Of a DNA stretch of 64,000 nt, positions 39,001 through 54,000 are shown piece by piece. How positions within the stretch are numbered: position 1 is the stretch's first letter; every line of letters starts with the position of its first letter. The notes below the pieces were generated by a model. That model had not been told where the DNA came from. It worked only from the letters and a program-made list of their open reading frames with translations, and did no database searches. Both the position numbers and the translations under genes were made by a program. The DNA comes from Euprymna scolopes. Lineage: Eukaryota. The stretch lies in NCBI GenBank assembly GCA_053919585.1, contig CM132804.1; one strand, 5' to 3'.

Positions 39001-42000
39001 TTGCGACTAACGAATAAAGTTAACAATTGAACTCAGTGTAATTTAGCGGTATTGCGACTAACGAATAAACTTAACAAATGAACTCAGTGTCATTAAGCGG
39101 TATTGCGACTAACGAAAAAAGTGAACAATTGAACTCAGTGTCATTTAGCGGTATTGCGACTAACGAATAAAGTTAAAAATAGAACTCAGTGTCATATAGC
39201 GGTATTGCGACTAACGAATAAAGTTAACAATGGACCTTAGTGTCATTTAGCGGTATTGCGACTAACAAATACAGTTAACAATTGAACTCAGTGTAATATA
39301 GCGGTATTGCGACAAACGAATAAAGTTAACAGTTGAATTCAATGTCATTTAGTGGTATTGCTTCTAACGAATAAAGTTAAAAATTGAACTCAGTGTCATA
39401 TAGCGGTATTGCGGCTAACGAATAAAGTAAACAATTGAACTCAATATAATTTATTGGTATTGCGACTAACGAATAAAGTTAAAAATTGAACTCAGTGTCA
39501 TTTAGCGGTATTGGCACTAACGAATAAAGTTAAAAATGTAACTCAGTGTCATTTAGCGGTATTGCGACGAACGAATAAAGTTAAAAATTGAACTTAGTGT
39601 CATTTAACGGTATTGCGACTAACGAATAAAGTTAAAAATTGAACTTAGTGTCATTTAACGGTATTGCGACTAACGAATAAAGTTAAAAATTGAACTTAGT
39701 GTCATTTAGCGGTATTGCGACTAACGAATAAAGTTAAAAATTGAACTTAGTGTCATTTAACGGTATTGCGACTAACGAATAAAGTTAAAAATTGAACTTA
39801 GTGTCATTTAGCGGTATTGCGACTAACGAATAAAGTTAAAAATTGAACTTAGTGTCATTTAACGGTATTGCGACTAACGAATAAAGTTAAAAATTGAACT
39901 TAGTGTCATTTAACGGTATTGCGACTAACGAATAAATTTAAAAATTGAACTTAGTGTCATTTAGCGGTATTGCGACTAACGAATAAAGTTAAAAATTGAA
40001 CTTAGTGTCATTTAACGGTATTGCGACTAACGAATAAAGTTAAAAATTGAACTTAGTGTCATTTAGCGGTATTGCGACTAACGAATAAAGTTAAAAATTG
40101 AACTTAGTGTCATTTAGCGGTATTGCGACTAACGAATAAAGTTAAAAATTGAACTTAGTGTCATTTAGCGGTATTGCGACTAACGAATAAAGTTAAAAAT
40201 TGAACTTAGTGTCATTTAGCGGTATTGCGACTAACGAATAAAGTTAAAAATTGAACTTAGTGTCATTTAGCGGTATTGCGACTAACGAATAAAGTTAAAA
40301 ATTGAACTTAGTGTCATTTAGCGGTATTGCGACTAACGAATAAAGTTAAAAATTGAACTTAGTGTCATTTAACGGTATTGCGACTAACGAATAAAGTTAA
40401 AAATTGAACTTAGTGTCATTTAGCGGTATTGTGACTAACGAATAAAGTTAAAAATTGAACTTAGTGTCATTTAACGGTATTGCGACTAACGAATAAAGTT
40501 AAAAATTGAACTTAGTGTCATTTAACGGTATTGCGACTAACGAATAAAGTTAAAAATTGAACTTAGTGTCATTTAGCGGTATTGCGACTAACGAATAAAG
40601 TTAAAAATTGAACTTAGTGTCATTTAACGGTATTGCGACTAACGAATAAAGTTAAAAATTGAACTTAGTGTCATTTAGCGGTATTGCGACTAACGAATAA
40701 AGTTAAAAATTGAACTTAGTGTCATTTAGCGGTATTGCGACTAACGAATAAAGTTAAAAATTGAACTTAGTGTCATTTAACGGTATTGCGACTAACGAAT
40801 AAAGTTAAAAATTGAACTTAGTGTCATTTAGCGGTATTGCGACTAACGAATAAAGTTAAAAATTGAACTTAGTGTCATTTAACGGTATTGCGACTAACGA
40901 ATAAAGTTAAAAATTGAACTTAGTGTCATTTAGCGGTATTGCGACTAACGAATAAAGTTAAAAATTGAACTTAGTGTCATTTAGCGGTATTGCGACTAAC
41001 GAATAAAGTTAAAAATTGAACTTAGTGTCATTTAGCGGTATTGCGACTAACGAATAAAGTTAAAAATTGAACTTAGTGTCATTTAGCGGTATTGCGACTA
41101 ACGAATAAAGTTAAAAATTGAACTTAGTGTCATTTAGCGGTATTGCGACTAACGAATAAAGTTAAAAATTGAACTTAGTGTCATTTAGCGGTATTGCGAC
41201 TAACGAATAAAGTTAAAAATTGAACTTAGTGTCATTTAACGGTATTGCGACTAACGAATAAAGTTAAAAATTGAACTTAGTGTCATTTAGCGGTATTGTG
41301 ACTAACGAATAAAGTTAAAAATTGAACTTAGTGTCATTTAACGGTATTGCGACTAACGAATAAAGTTAAAAATTGAACTTAGTGTCATTTAACGGTATTG
41401 CGACTAACGAATAAAGTTAAAAATTGAACTTAGTGTCATTTAGCGGTATTGCGACTAACGAATAAAGTTAAAAATTGAACTTAGTGTCATTTAACGGTAT
41501 TGCGACTAACGAATAAAGTTAACAATTTAACTCAGTGTCATTTAGCGGTATTGCGACTAACGAATAAAGTTAAAAATTGAACTTAGTGTCATTTAACGGT
41601 ATTGCGACTAACAAATAAAGTTAAAAATTGAACTTAGTGTCATTTAGCGGTATTGCGACGAACGAATAAAGTTAAAAATTGAACTTAGTGTCATTTAACG
41701 GTATTGCGACTAACGAATAAAGTTAAAAATTGAACTTAGTGTCATTTAACGGTATTGCGACTAACGAATAATGTTAAAAATTGAACTTAGTGTCATTTAA
41801 CGGTATTGCGACTAACGAATAAAGTTAAAAATTGAACTTAGTGTCATTTAACGGTATTGCGACTAACGAATAAAGTTAAAAATTGAACTTAGTGTCATTT
41901 AGCGGTATTGCGACTAACGAATAAAGTTAAAAATTGAACTTAGTGTCATTTAACGGTATTGCGACTAACGAATAAAGTTAACAATTTAACTCAGTGTCAT

Positions 42001-45000
42001 TTAGCGGTATTGCGACTAACGAATAAAGTTAACAATTGAACTCAGTGTCATTTAGCGGTATTGCGACTAACGAATAAAGTTAAAAATTGAACTTAGTGTC
42101 ATTTAACGGTATTGCGACTAACAAATAAAGTTAAAAATTGAACTTAGTGTCATTTAGCGGTATTGCGACTTACGAATAAAGTTAACAATTTAACTCAGTG
42201 TCATTTAGCGGTATTGCGACTAACGAATAAAGTTAAAAATTGAACTCAGTGTCATTTAGCGGTATTGCGACTAACGAATAAAGTTAAAAATTGAACTTAG
42301 TGTCATTTAGCGGTATTGCGACTAACGAATAAAGTTAACAATTGAACTTAGTGTCATTTAGCGGTATTGCGACTAACGAATAAAGTTAACAATTTAACTC
42401 AGTGTCATTTAGCGGTATTGCGACTAACGAATAAAGTTAACAATTGAACTCAGTGTCATTTAGCGGTATTGCGACTAACGAATAAAGTTAACAATTGAAC
42501 TCAGTGTCATTTAGCGGTATTGCGACTAACGAATAAAGTTAACAATTGAACTCAATGTCATTTAGCGGTATTGCGACTAACGAATAAACTTAACAATTGA
42601 ACTCAATGTCATTTGGCGGTATTGCGACTAACGAATAAACTTAACAATTGAACTATATGTCATTTAGCGGTATTGCGACTAACGAATAAAGTTAACAATT
42701 GAACTCAGTGTAATTTAGCGGTATTGCGACTAACGAATAAAGTTAACAAATGAACTCAGTGTCATTAAGCGGTATTGCGACTAACGAAAAAAGTGAACAA
42801 TTGAACTCAGTGTCATTTAGCGGTATTGACACTAACGAATAAAGTTAAAAATAGAACTCAGTGTCATATAGCGGTATTGCGACTAACGAATAAAGTTAAC
42901 AATGGACCTTAGTGTCATTTAGCGGTATTGCGACTAACAAATACAGTTAACAATTGAACTCAGTGTAATATAGCGGTATTGCGACAAACGAATAAAGTTA
43001 ACAGTTGAATTCAATGTCATTTAGTGGTATTGCTTCTAACGAATAAAGTTAACAATTGAACTCAGTGTCATATAGCGGTATTGCGGCTAACGAATAAAGT
43101 AAACAATTGAACTCAATATAATTTATTGGTATTGCGACTAACGAATAAAGTTAAAAATTGAACTCAGTGTAATTTAGCGGTATTGGCACTAACGAATAAA
43201 GTTAAAAATGTAACTCAGTGTCATTTAGCGGTATTGCGACGAACGAATAAAGTTAACAATTGAACTCAGTGTCATATAGCGGTATTGCGACTAACGAATA
43301 CAGTTAAAAATTGAACTCAGTGTCATATAGCGGTATTGCGACTAACGAATAAAGTAAAAAATTGAACGGTGTCATATAGCGGCATTGCGACTAACGAAAA
43401 AATTTAACAATTGAACTCATTGTCAATTAGCGGTACTGCAACTAACGAATAAACTTAACAATTGAATTCAATGGCATTTAGCGGATGCGACTAACGAATG
43501 AAGTGAATAATTTAACTCAGTGTCATATAGCGGTATTGCGACTAACGAATAAACTTAACAATTGAACTCAATATCATTTAGCGGTATTGCGACTAACGAA
43601 TAAAGTTAACAATTGACTTTAGTGTCATTTAGCGGTATTGCGACTAACGAATAAAGTTAAAAATTTAACTCAGTGTCATATAGCGGTATTGCGAATAATG
43701 AATAAATTTAACAATTGAACTCAGTGTCAAATAGCGGTATTGCGACTAACGAATAAAGTTTAAAATTGCACTCAGTGTCATTTAGCGTTATTGTGACTAA
43801 CGGATAAAGTTAAAAATTGAACTCGGTGTAATATAGCGGTATTGCGACTAACGAATAAAGTTAAAAATTGAACTTAGTGTCATTTAACGGTATTGCGACT
43901 AACAAATAAAGTTAAAAATTGAACTTAGTGTCATTTAGCGGTATTGCGACGAACGAATAAAGTTAAAAATTGAACTTAGTGTCATTTAGCGGTATTGCGA
44001 CTAACGAATAAAGTTAAAAATTGAACTTAGTGTCATTTAACGGTATTGCGACTAACGAATAAAGTTAAACATTGAACTTAGTGTCATTTAACGGTATTGC
44101 GACTAACGAATAAAGTTAAAAATTGAACTTAGTGTCATTTAGCGGTATTGCGACTAACGAATAAAGTTAAAAATTGAACTTAGTGTCATTTAACGGTATT
44201 GCGACTAACGAATAAAGTTAACAATTTAACTCAGTGTCATTTAGCGGTATTGCGACTAACGAATAAAGTTAACAATTGAACTCAGTGTCATTTAGCGGTA
44301 TTGCGACTAACGAATAAAGTTAAAAATTGAACTTAGTGTCATTTAACGGTATTGCGACTAACAAATAAAGTTAAAAATTGAACTTAGTGTCATTTAGCGG
44401 TATTGCGACTAACGAATAAAGTTAACAATTTAACTCAGTGTCATTTAGCGGTATTGCGACTAACGAATAAAGTTAACAATTGAACTCAGTGTCATTTAGC
44501 GGTATTTCGACTAACGAATAAAGTTAAAAATTGAACTTAGTGTCATTTAGCGGTATTGCGACTAACGAATAAAGTTAACAATTGAACTTAGTGTCATTTA
44601 GCGGTATTGCGACTAACGAATAAAGTTAACAATTTAACTCAGTGTCATTTAGCGGTATTGCGACTAACGAATAAACTTAACAATTGAACTCAGTGTCATT
44701 TAGCGGTATTGCGACTAACGAATAAAGTTAACAATTGAACTCAGTGTCATTTAGCGGTATTGCGACTAACGAATAAAGTTAACAATTGAACTCAATGTCA
44801 TTTAGCGGTATTGCGACTAACGAATAAACTTAACAATTGAACTCAATGTCATTTGGCGGTATTGCGACTAACGAATAAACTTAACAATTGAACTATATGT
44901 CATTTAGCGGTATTGCGACTAACGAATAAAGTTAACAATTGAACTCAGTGTAATTTAGCGGTATTGCGACTAACGAATAAACTTAACAAATGAACTCAGT

Positions 45001-48000
45001 GTCATTAAGCGGTATTGCGACTAACGAAAAAAGTGAACAATTGAACTCAGTGTCATTTAGCGGTATTGCGACTAACGAATAAAGTTAAAAATAGAACTCA
45101 GTGTCATATAGCGGTATTGCGACTAACGAATAAAGTTAACAATGGACCTTAGTGTCATTTAGCGGTATTGCGACTAACAAATACAGTTAACAATTGAACT
45201 CAGTGTAATATAGCGGTATTGCGACAAACGAATAAAGTTAACAGTTGAATTCAATGTCATTTAGTGGTATTGCTTCTAACGAATAAAGTTAAAAATTGAA
45301 CTCAGTGTCATATAGCGGTATTGCGGCTAACGAATAAAGTAAACAATTGAACTCAATATAATTTATTGGTATTGCGACTAACGAATAAAGTTAAAAATTG
45401 AACTCAGTGTCATTTAGCGGTATTGGCACTAACGAATAAAGTTAAAAATGTAACTCAGTGTCATTTAGCGGTATTGCGACGAACGAATAAAGTTAACAAT
45501 TGAACTCAGTGTCATATAGCGGTATTGCGACTAACGAATACAGTTAAAAATTGAACTCAGTGTCATATAGCGGTATTGCGACTAACGAATAAAGTAAAAA
45601 ATTGAACGGTGTCATATAGCGGCATTGCGACTAACGAATAAATTTAACAATTGAACTCATTGTCAATTAGCGGTACTGCAACTAACGAATAAACTTAACA
45701 ATTGAATTCAATGGCATTTAGCGGATGCGACTAACGAATGAAGTGAATAATTTAACTCAGTGTCATATAGCGGTATTGCGACTAACGAATAAACTTAACA
45801 ATTGAACTCAATATAATTTAGCGGTATTGCGACTAACGAATAAAGTTAACAATTGACTTTAGTGTCATTTAGCGGTATTGCGACTAACGAATAAAGTTAA
45901 AAATTTAACTCAGTGTCATATAGCGGTATTGCGAATAATGAATAAATTTAACAATTGAACTCAGTGTCAAATAGCGGTATTGCGACTAACGAATAAAGTT
46001 AAAAATTGCACTCAGTGTCATTTAGCGTTATTGTGACTAACGGATAAAGTTAAAAATTGAACTCGGTGTAATATAGCGGTATTGCGACTAACGAATAAAG
46101 TTAAAAATTGAACTCAGTGTCATTTAACGGTATTGGGACTAACGAATAAAGTTAAAAATTGAACTTAGTGTCATTTAACGGTATTGCGACTAACGAATAA
46201 AGTTAAAAATTGAACTTAGTGTCATTTAACGGTATTGCGACTAACGAATAAAGTTAAAAATTGAACTTAGTGTCATTTAACGGTATTGCGACTAACGAAT
46301 AAAGTTAAAAATTGAACTTAGTGTCATTTAACGGTATTGCGACTAACGAATAAAGTTAAAAATTGAACTTAGTGTCATTTAACGGTATTGCGACTAACGA
46401 ATAAAGTTAAAAATTGAACTTAGTGTCATTTAACGGTATTGCGACTAACGAATAAAGTTAAAAATTGAACTTAGTGTCATTTAACGGTATTGCGACTAAC
46501 GAATAAAGTTAAAAATTGAACTTAGTGTCATTTAACGGTATTGCGACTAACGAATAAAGTTAAAAATTGAACTTAGTGTCATTTAACGGTATTGCGACTA
46601 ACGAATAAAGTTAAAAATTGAACTTAGTGTCATTTAACGGTATTGCGACTAACGAATAAAGTTAAAAATTGAACTTAGTGTCATTTAACGGTATTGCGAC
46701 TAACGAATAAAGTTAAAAATTGAACTTAGTGTCATTTAACGGTATTGCGACTAACGAATAAAGTTAAAAATTGAACTTAGTGTCATTTAACGGTATTGCG
46801 ACTAACGAATAAAGTTAAAAATTGAACTTAGTGTCATTTAACGGTATTGCGACTAACGAATAAAGTTAAAAATTGAACTTAGTGTCATTTAGCGGTATTG
46901 CGACTAACGAATAAAGTTAAAAATTGAACTTAGTGTCATTTAACGGTATTGCGACTAACGAATAAAGTTAAAAATTGAACTTAGTGTAATTTAACGGTAT
47001 TGCGACTAACGAATAAAGTTAAAAATTGAACTTAGTGTCATTTAACGGTATTGCGACTAACGAATAAAGTTAAAAATTGAACTTAGTGTCATTTAACGGT
47101 ATTGCGACTAACGAATAAAGTTAAAAATTGAACTTAGTGTCATTTAACGGTATTGCGACTAACGAATAAAGTTAAAAATTGAACTTAGTGTCATTTAACG
47201 GTATTGCGACTAACGAATAAAGTTAACAAATTTAACTTAGTGTCATTTAACGGTATTGCGACTAACGAATAAAGTTAAAAATTGAACTTAGTGTCATTTA
47301 ACGGTATTGCGACTAACGAATAAAGTTAAAAATTGAACTTAGTGTCATTTAACGGTATTGCGACTAACGAATAAAGTTAAAAATTGAACTTAGTGTCATT
47401 TAACGGTATTGCGACTAACGAATAAAGTTAAAAATTGAACTTAGTGTCATTTAACGGTATTGTGACTAACGAATAAAGTTAAAAATTGAACTTAGTGTCA
47501 TTTAACGGTATTGCGACTAACGAATAAAGTTAAAAATTGAACTTAGTGTCATTTAACGGTATTGCGACTAACGAATAAAGTTAAAAATTGAGCTTAGTGT
47601 CATTTAACGGTATTGCGACTAACGAATAAAGTTAAAAATTGAACTTAGTGTCATTTAACGGTATTGCGACTAACGAATAAAGTTAAAAATTGAACTTAGT
47701 GTCATTTAACGGTATTGCGACTAACGAATAAAGTTAAAAATTGAACTTAGTGTCATTTAACGGTATTGCGACTAACGAATAAAGTTAAAAATTGAACTTA
47801 GTGTCATTTAACGGTATTGCGACTAACGAATAAAGTTAAAAATTGAACTTAGTGTCATTTAACGGTATTGCGACTAACGAATAAAGTTAAAAATTGAACT
47901 TAGTGTCATTTAACGGTATTGCGACTAACGAATAAAGTTAAAAATTGAACTTAGTGTCATTTAACGGTATTGCGACAAACGAATAAAGTTAAAAATTGAA

Positions 48001-51000
48001 CTTAGTGTCATTTAGCGGTATTGCGACTAACGAATAAAGTTAAAAATTGAACTTAGTGTCATTTAGCGGTATTGCGACTAACGAATAAAGTTAAAAATTG
48101 AACTTAGTGTCATTTAACGGTATTGCGACTAACGAATAAAGTTAACAATTTAACTCAGTGTCATTTAGCGGTATTGCGACTAACGAATAAAGTTAAAAAT
48201 TGAACTTAGTGTCATTTAACGGTATTGCGACTAACAAATAAAGTTAAAAATTGAACTTAGTGTCATTTAGCGGTATTGCGACGAACGAATAAAGTTAAAA
48301 ATTGAACTTAGTGTCATTTAACGGTATTGCGACTAACGAATAAAGTTAAAAATTGAACTTAGTGTCATTTAACGGTATTGCGACTAACGAATAATGTTAA
48401 AAATTGAACTTAGTGTCATTTAACGGTATTGCGACTAACGAATAAAGTTAAAAATTGAACTTAGTGTCATTTAACGGTATTGCGACTAACGAATAAAGTT
48501 AAAAATTGAACTTAGTGTCATTTAGCGGTATTGCGACTAACGAATAAAGTTAAAAATTGAACTTAGTGTCATTTAACGGTATTGCGACTAACGAATAAAG
48601 TTAACAATTTAACTCAGTGTCATTTAGCGGTATTGCGACTAACGAATAAAGTTAACAATTGAACTCAGTGTCATTTAGCGGTATTGCGACTAACGAATAA
48701 AGTTAAAAATTGAACTTAGTGTCATTTAACGGTATTGCGACTAACAAATAAAGTTAAAAATTGAACTTAGTGTCATTTAGCGGTATTGCGACTTACGAAT
48801 AAAGTTAACAATTTAACTCAGTGTCATTTAGCGGTATTGCGACTAACGAATAAAGTTAACAATTGAACTCAGTGTCATTTAGCGGTATTGCGACTAACGA
48901 ATAAAGTTAAAAATTGAACTTAGTGTCATTTAGCGGTATTGCGACTAACGAATAAAGTTAACAATTGAACTTAGTGTCATTTAGCGGTATTGCGACTAAC
49001 GAATAAAGTTAACAATTTAACTCAGTGTCATTTAGCGGTATTGCGACTAACGAATAAAGTTAACAATTGAACTCAGTGTCATTTAGCGGTATTGCGACTA
49101 ACGAATAAAGTTAACAATTGAACTCAGTGTCATTTAGCGGTATTGCGACTAACGAATAAAGTTAACAATTGAACTCAATGTCATTTAGCGGTATTGCGAC
49201 TAACGAATAAACTTAACAATTGAACTCAATGTCATTTGGCGGTATTGCGACTAACGAATAAACTTAACAATTGAACTATATGTCATTTAGCGGTATTGCG
49301 ACTAACGAATAAAGTTAACAATTGAACTCAGTGTAATTTAGCGGTATTGCGACTAACGAATTAAGTTAACAAATGAACTCAGTGTCATTAAGCGGTATTG
49401 CGACTAACGAAAAAAGTGAACAATTGAACTCAGTGTCATTTAGCGGTATTGACACTAACGAATAAAGTTAAAAATAGAACTCAGTGTCATATAGCGGTAT
49501 TGCGACTAACGAATAAAGTTAACAATGGACCTTAGTGTCATTTAGCGGTATTGCGACTAACAAATACAGTTAACAATTGAACTCAGTGTAATATAGCGGT
49601 ATTGCGACAAACGAATAAAGTTAACAGTTGAATTCAATGTCATTTAGTGGTATTGCTTCTAACGAATAAAGTTAACAATTGAACTCAGTGTCATATAGCG
49701 GTATTGCGGCTAACGAATAAAGTAAACAATTGAACTCAATATAATTTATTGGTATTGCGACTAACGAATAAAGTTAAAAATTGAACTCAGTGTAATTTAG
49801 CGGTATTGGCACTAACGAATAAAGTTAAAAATGTAACTCAGTGTCATTTAGCGGTATTGCGACGAACGAATAAAGTTAACAATTGAACTCAGTGTCATAT
49901 AGCGGTATTGCGACTAACGAATACAGTTAAAAATTGAACTCAGTGTCATATAGCGGTATTGCGACTAACGAATAAAGTAAAAAATTGAACGGTGTCATAT
50001 AGCGGCATTGCGACTAACGAAAAAATTTAACAATTGAACTCATTGTCAATTAGCGGTACTGCAACTAACGAATAAACTTAACAATTGAATTCAATGGCAT
50101 TTAGCGGATGCGACTAACGAATGAAGTGAATAATTTAACTCAGTGTCATATAGCGGTATTGCGACTAACGAATAAACTTAACAATTGAACTCAATATCAT
50201 TTAGCGGTATTGCGACTAACGAATAAAGTTAACAATTGACTTTAGTGTCATTTAGCGGTATTGCGACTAACGAATAAAGTTAAAAATTTAACTCAGTGTC
50301 ATATAGCGGTATTGCGAATAATGAATAAATTTAACAATTGAACTCAGTGTCAAATAGCGGTATTGCGACTAACGAATAAAGTTTAAAATTGCACTCAGTG
50401 TCATTTAGCGTTATTGTGACTAACGGATAAAGTTAAAAATTGAACTCGGTGTAATATAGCGGTATTGCGACTAACGAATAAAGTTAAAAATTGAACTTAG
50501 TGTCATTTAACGGTATTGCGACTAACAAATAAAGTTAAAAATTGAACTTAGTGTCATTTAGCGGTATTGCGACGAACGAATAAAGTTAAAAATTGAACTT
50601 AGTGTCATTTAGCGGTATTGCGACTAACGAATAAAGTTAAAAATTGAACTTAGTGTCATTTAACGGTATTGCGACTAACAAATAAAGTTAAAAATTGAAC
50701 TTAGTGTCATTTAGCGGTATTGCGACTAACGAATAAAGTTAAAAATTGAACTTAGTGTCATTTAACGGTATTGCGACTAACGAATAAAGTTAAAAATTGA
50801 ACTTAGTGTCATTTAACGGTATTGCGACTAACGAATAAAGTTAAACATTGAACTTAGTGTCATTTAACGGTATTGCGACTAACGAATAAAGTTAAAAATT
50901 GAACTTAGTGTCATTTAGCGGTATTGCGACTAACGAATAAAGTTAAAAATTGAACTTAGTGTCATTTAGCGGTATTGCGACTAACGAATAAAGTTAACAA

Positions 51001-54000
51001 TTTAACTCAGTGTCATTTAGCGGTATTGCGACTAACGAATAAAGTTAACAATTGAACTCAGTGTCATTTAGCGGTATTGCGACTAACGAATAAAGTTAAA
51101 AATTGAACTTAGTGTCATTTAACGGTATTGCGACTAACAAATAAAGTTAAAAATTGAACTTAGTGTCATTTAGCGGTATTGCGACTAACGAATAAAGTTA
51201 ACAATTTAACTCAGTGTCATTTAGCGGTATTGCGACTAACGAATAAAGTTAACAATTGAACTCAGTGTCATTTAGCGGTATTTCGACTAACGAATAAAGT
51301 TAAAAATTGAACTTAGTGTCATTTAGCGGTATTGCGACTAACGAATAAAGTTAACAATTGAACTTAGTGTCATTTAGCGGTATTGCGACTAACGAATAAA
51401 GTTAACAATTTAACTCAGTGTCATTTAGCGGTATTGCGACTAACGAATAAAGTTAACAATTGAACTCAGTGTCATTTAGCGGTATTGCGACTAACGAATA
51501 AAGTTAACAATTGAACTCAGTGTCATTTAGCGGTATTGCGACTAACGAATAAAGTTAACAATTGAACTCAATGTCATTTAGCGGTATTGCGACTAACGAA
51601 TAAACTTAACAATTGAACTCAATGTCATTTGGCGGTATTGCGACTAACGAATAAACTTAACAATTGAACTATATGTCATTTAGCGGTATTGCGACTAACG
51701 AATAAAGTTAACAATTGAACTCAGTGTAATTTAGCGGTATTGCGACTAACGAATAAACTTAACAAATGAACTCAGTGTCATTAAGCGGTATTGCGACTAA
51801 CGAAAAAAGTGAACAATTGAACTCAGTGTCATTTAGCGGTATTGCGACTAACGAATAAAGTTAAAAATAGAACTCAGTGTCATATAGCGGTATTGCGACT
51901 AACGAATAAAGTTAACAATGGACCTTAGTGTCATTTAGCGGTATTGCGACTAACAAATACAGTTAACAATTGAACTCAGTGTAATATAGCGGTATTGCGA
52001 CAAACGAATAAAGTTAACAGTTGAATTCAATGTCATTTAGTGGTATTGCTTCTAACGAATAAAGTTAACAATTGAACTAAGTGTCATATAGCGGTATTGC
52101 GGCTAACGAATAAAGTAAACAATTGAACTCAATATAATTTATTGGTATTGCGACTAACGAATAAAGTTAAAAATTGAACTCAGTGTCATTTAGCGGTATT
52201 GGCACTAACGAATAAAGTTAAAAATGTAACTCAGTGTCATTTAGCGGTATTGCGACGAACGAATAAAGTTAACAATTGAACTCAGTGTCATATAGCGGTA
52301 TTGCGACTAACGAATACAGTTAAAAATTGAACTCAGTGTCATATAGCGGTATTGCGACTAACGAATAAAGTAAAAAATTGAACGGTGTCATATAGCGGCA
52401 TTGCGACTAACGAATAAATTTAACAATTGAACTCATTGTCAATTAGCGGTACTGCAACTAACGAATAAACTTAACAATTGAATTCAATGGCATTTAGCGG
52501 ATGCGACTAACGAATGAAGTGAATAATTTAACTCAGTGTCATATAGCGGTATTGCGACTAACGAATAAACTTAACAATTGAACTCAATATAATTTAGCGG
52601 TATTGCGACTAACGAATAAAGTTAACAATTGACTTTAGTGTCATTTAGCGGTATTGCGACTAACGAATAAAGTAAAAATTTAACTCAGTGTCATATAGCG
52701 GTATTGCGAATAATGAATAAATTTAACAATTGAACTCAGTGTCAAATAGCGGTATTGCGACTAACGAATAAAGTTAAAAATTGCACTCAGTGTCATTTAG
52801 CGTTATTGTGACTAACGGATAAAGTTAAAAATTGAACTCGGTGTAATATAGCGGTATTGCGACTAACGAATAAAGTTAAAAATTGAACTTAGTGTAATTT
52901 AACGGTATTGCGACTAACGAATAAAGTTAAAAATTGAACTCAGTGTCATTTAGCGGTATTGCGACTAACGAATAAAGTTAAAAATTGAACTTAGTGTCAT
53001 TTAACGGTATTGCGACTAACGAATAAAGTTAAAAATTGAACTTAGTGTCATTTAACGGTATTGCGACTAACGAATAAAGTTAAAAATTGAACTTAGTGTC
53101 ATTTAACGGTATTGCGACTAACGAATAAAGTTAAAAATTGAACTTAGTGTCATTTAACGGTATTGCGACTAACGAATAAAGTTAAAAATTGAACTTAGTG
53201 TCATTTAACGGTATTGCGACTAACGAATAAAGTTAAAAATTGAACTTAGTGTCATTTAACGGTATTGCGACTAACGAATAAAGTTAAAAATTGAACTTAG
53301 TGTCATTTAACGGTATTGCGACTAACGAATAAAGTTAAAAATTGAACTTAGTGTCATTTAACGGTATTGCGACTAACGAATAAAGTTAAAAATTGAACTT
53401 AGTGTCATTTAACGGTATTGCGACTAACGAATAAAGTTAAAAATTGAACTTAGTGTCATTTAACGGTATTGCGACTAACGAATAAAGTTAAAAATTGAAC
53501 TTAGTGTCATTTAACGGTATTGCGACTAACGAATAAAGTTAACAAATTTAACTTAGTGTCATTTAACGGTATTGCGACTAACGAATAAAGTTAAAAATTG
53601 AACTTAGTGTCATTTAACGGTATTGCGACTAACGAATAAAGTTAAAAATTGAACTTAGTGTCATTTAACGGTATTGCGACTAACGAATAAAGTTAAAAAT
53701 TGAACTTAGTGTCATTTAACGGTATTGCGACTAACGAAAAAAGTTAAAAATTGAACTTAGTGTCATTTAACGGTATTGTGACTAACGAATAAAGTTAAAA
53801 ATTGAACTTAGTGTCATTTAACGGTATTGCGACTAACGAATAAAGTTAAAAATTGAACTTAGTGTCATTTAACGGTATTGCGACTAACGAATAAAGTTAA
53901 AAATTGAACTTAGTGTCATTTAACGGTATTGCGACTAACGAATAAAGTTAGAAATTGAACTTAGTGTCATTTAACGGTATTGCGACTAACGAATAAAGTT

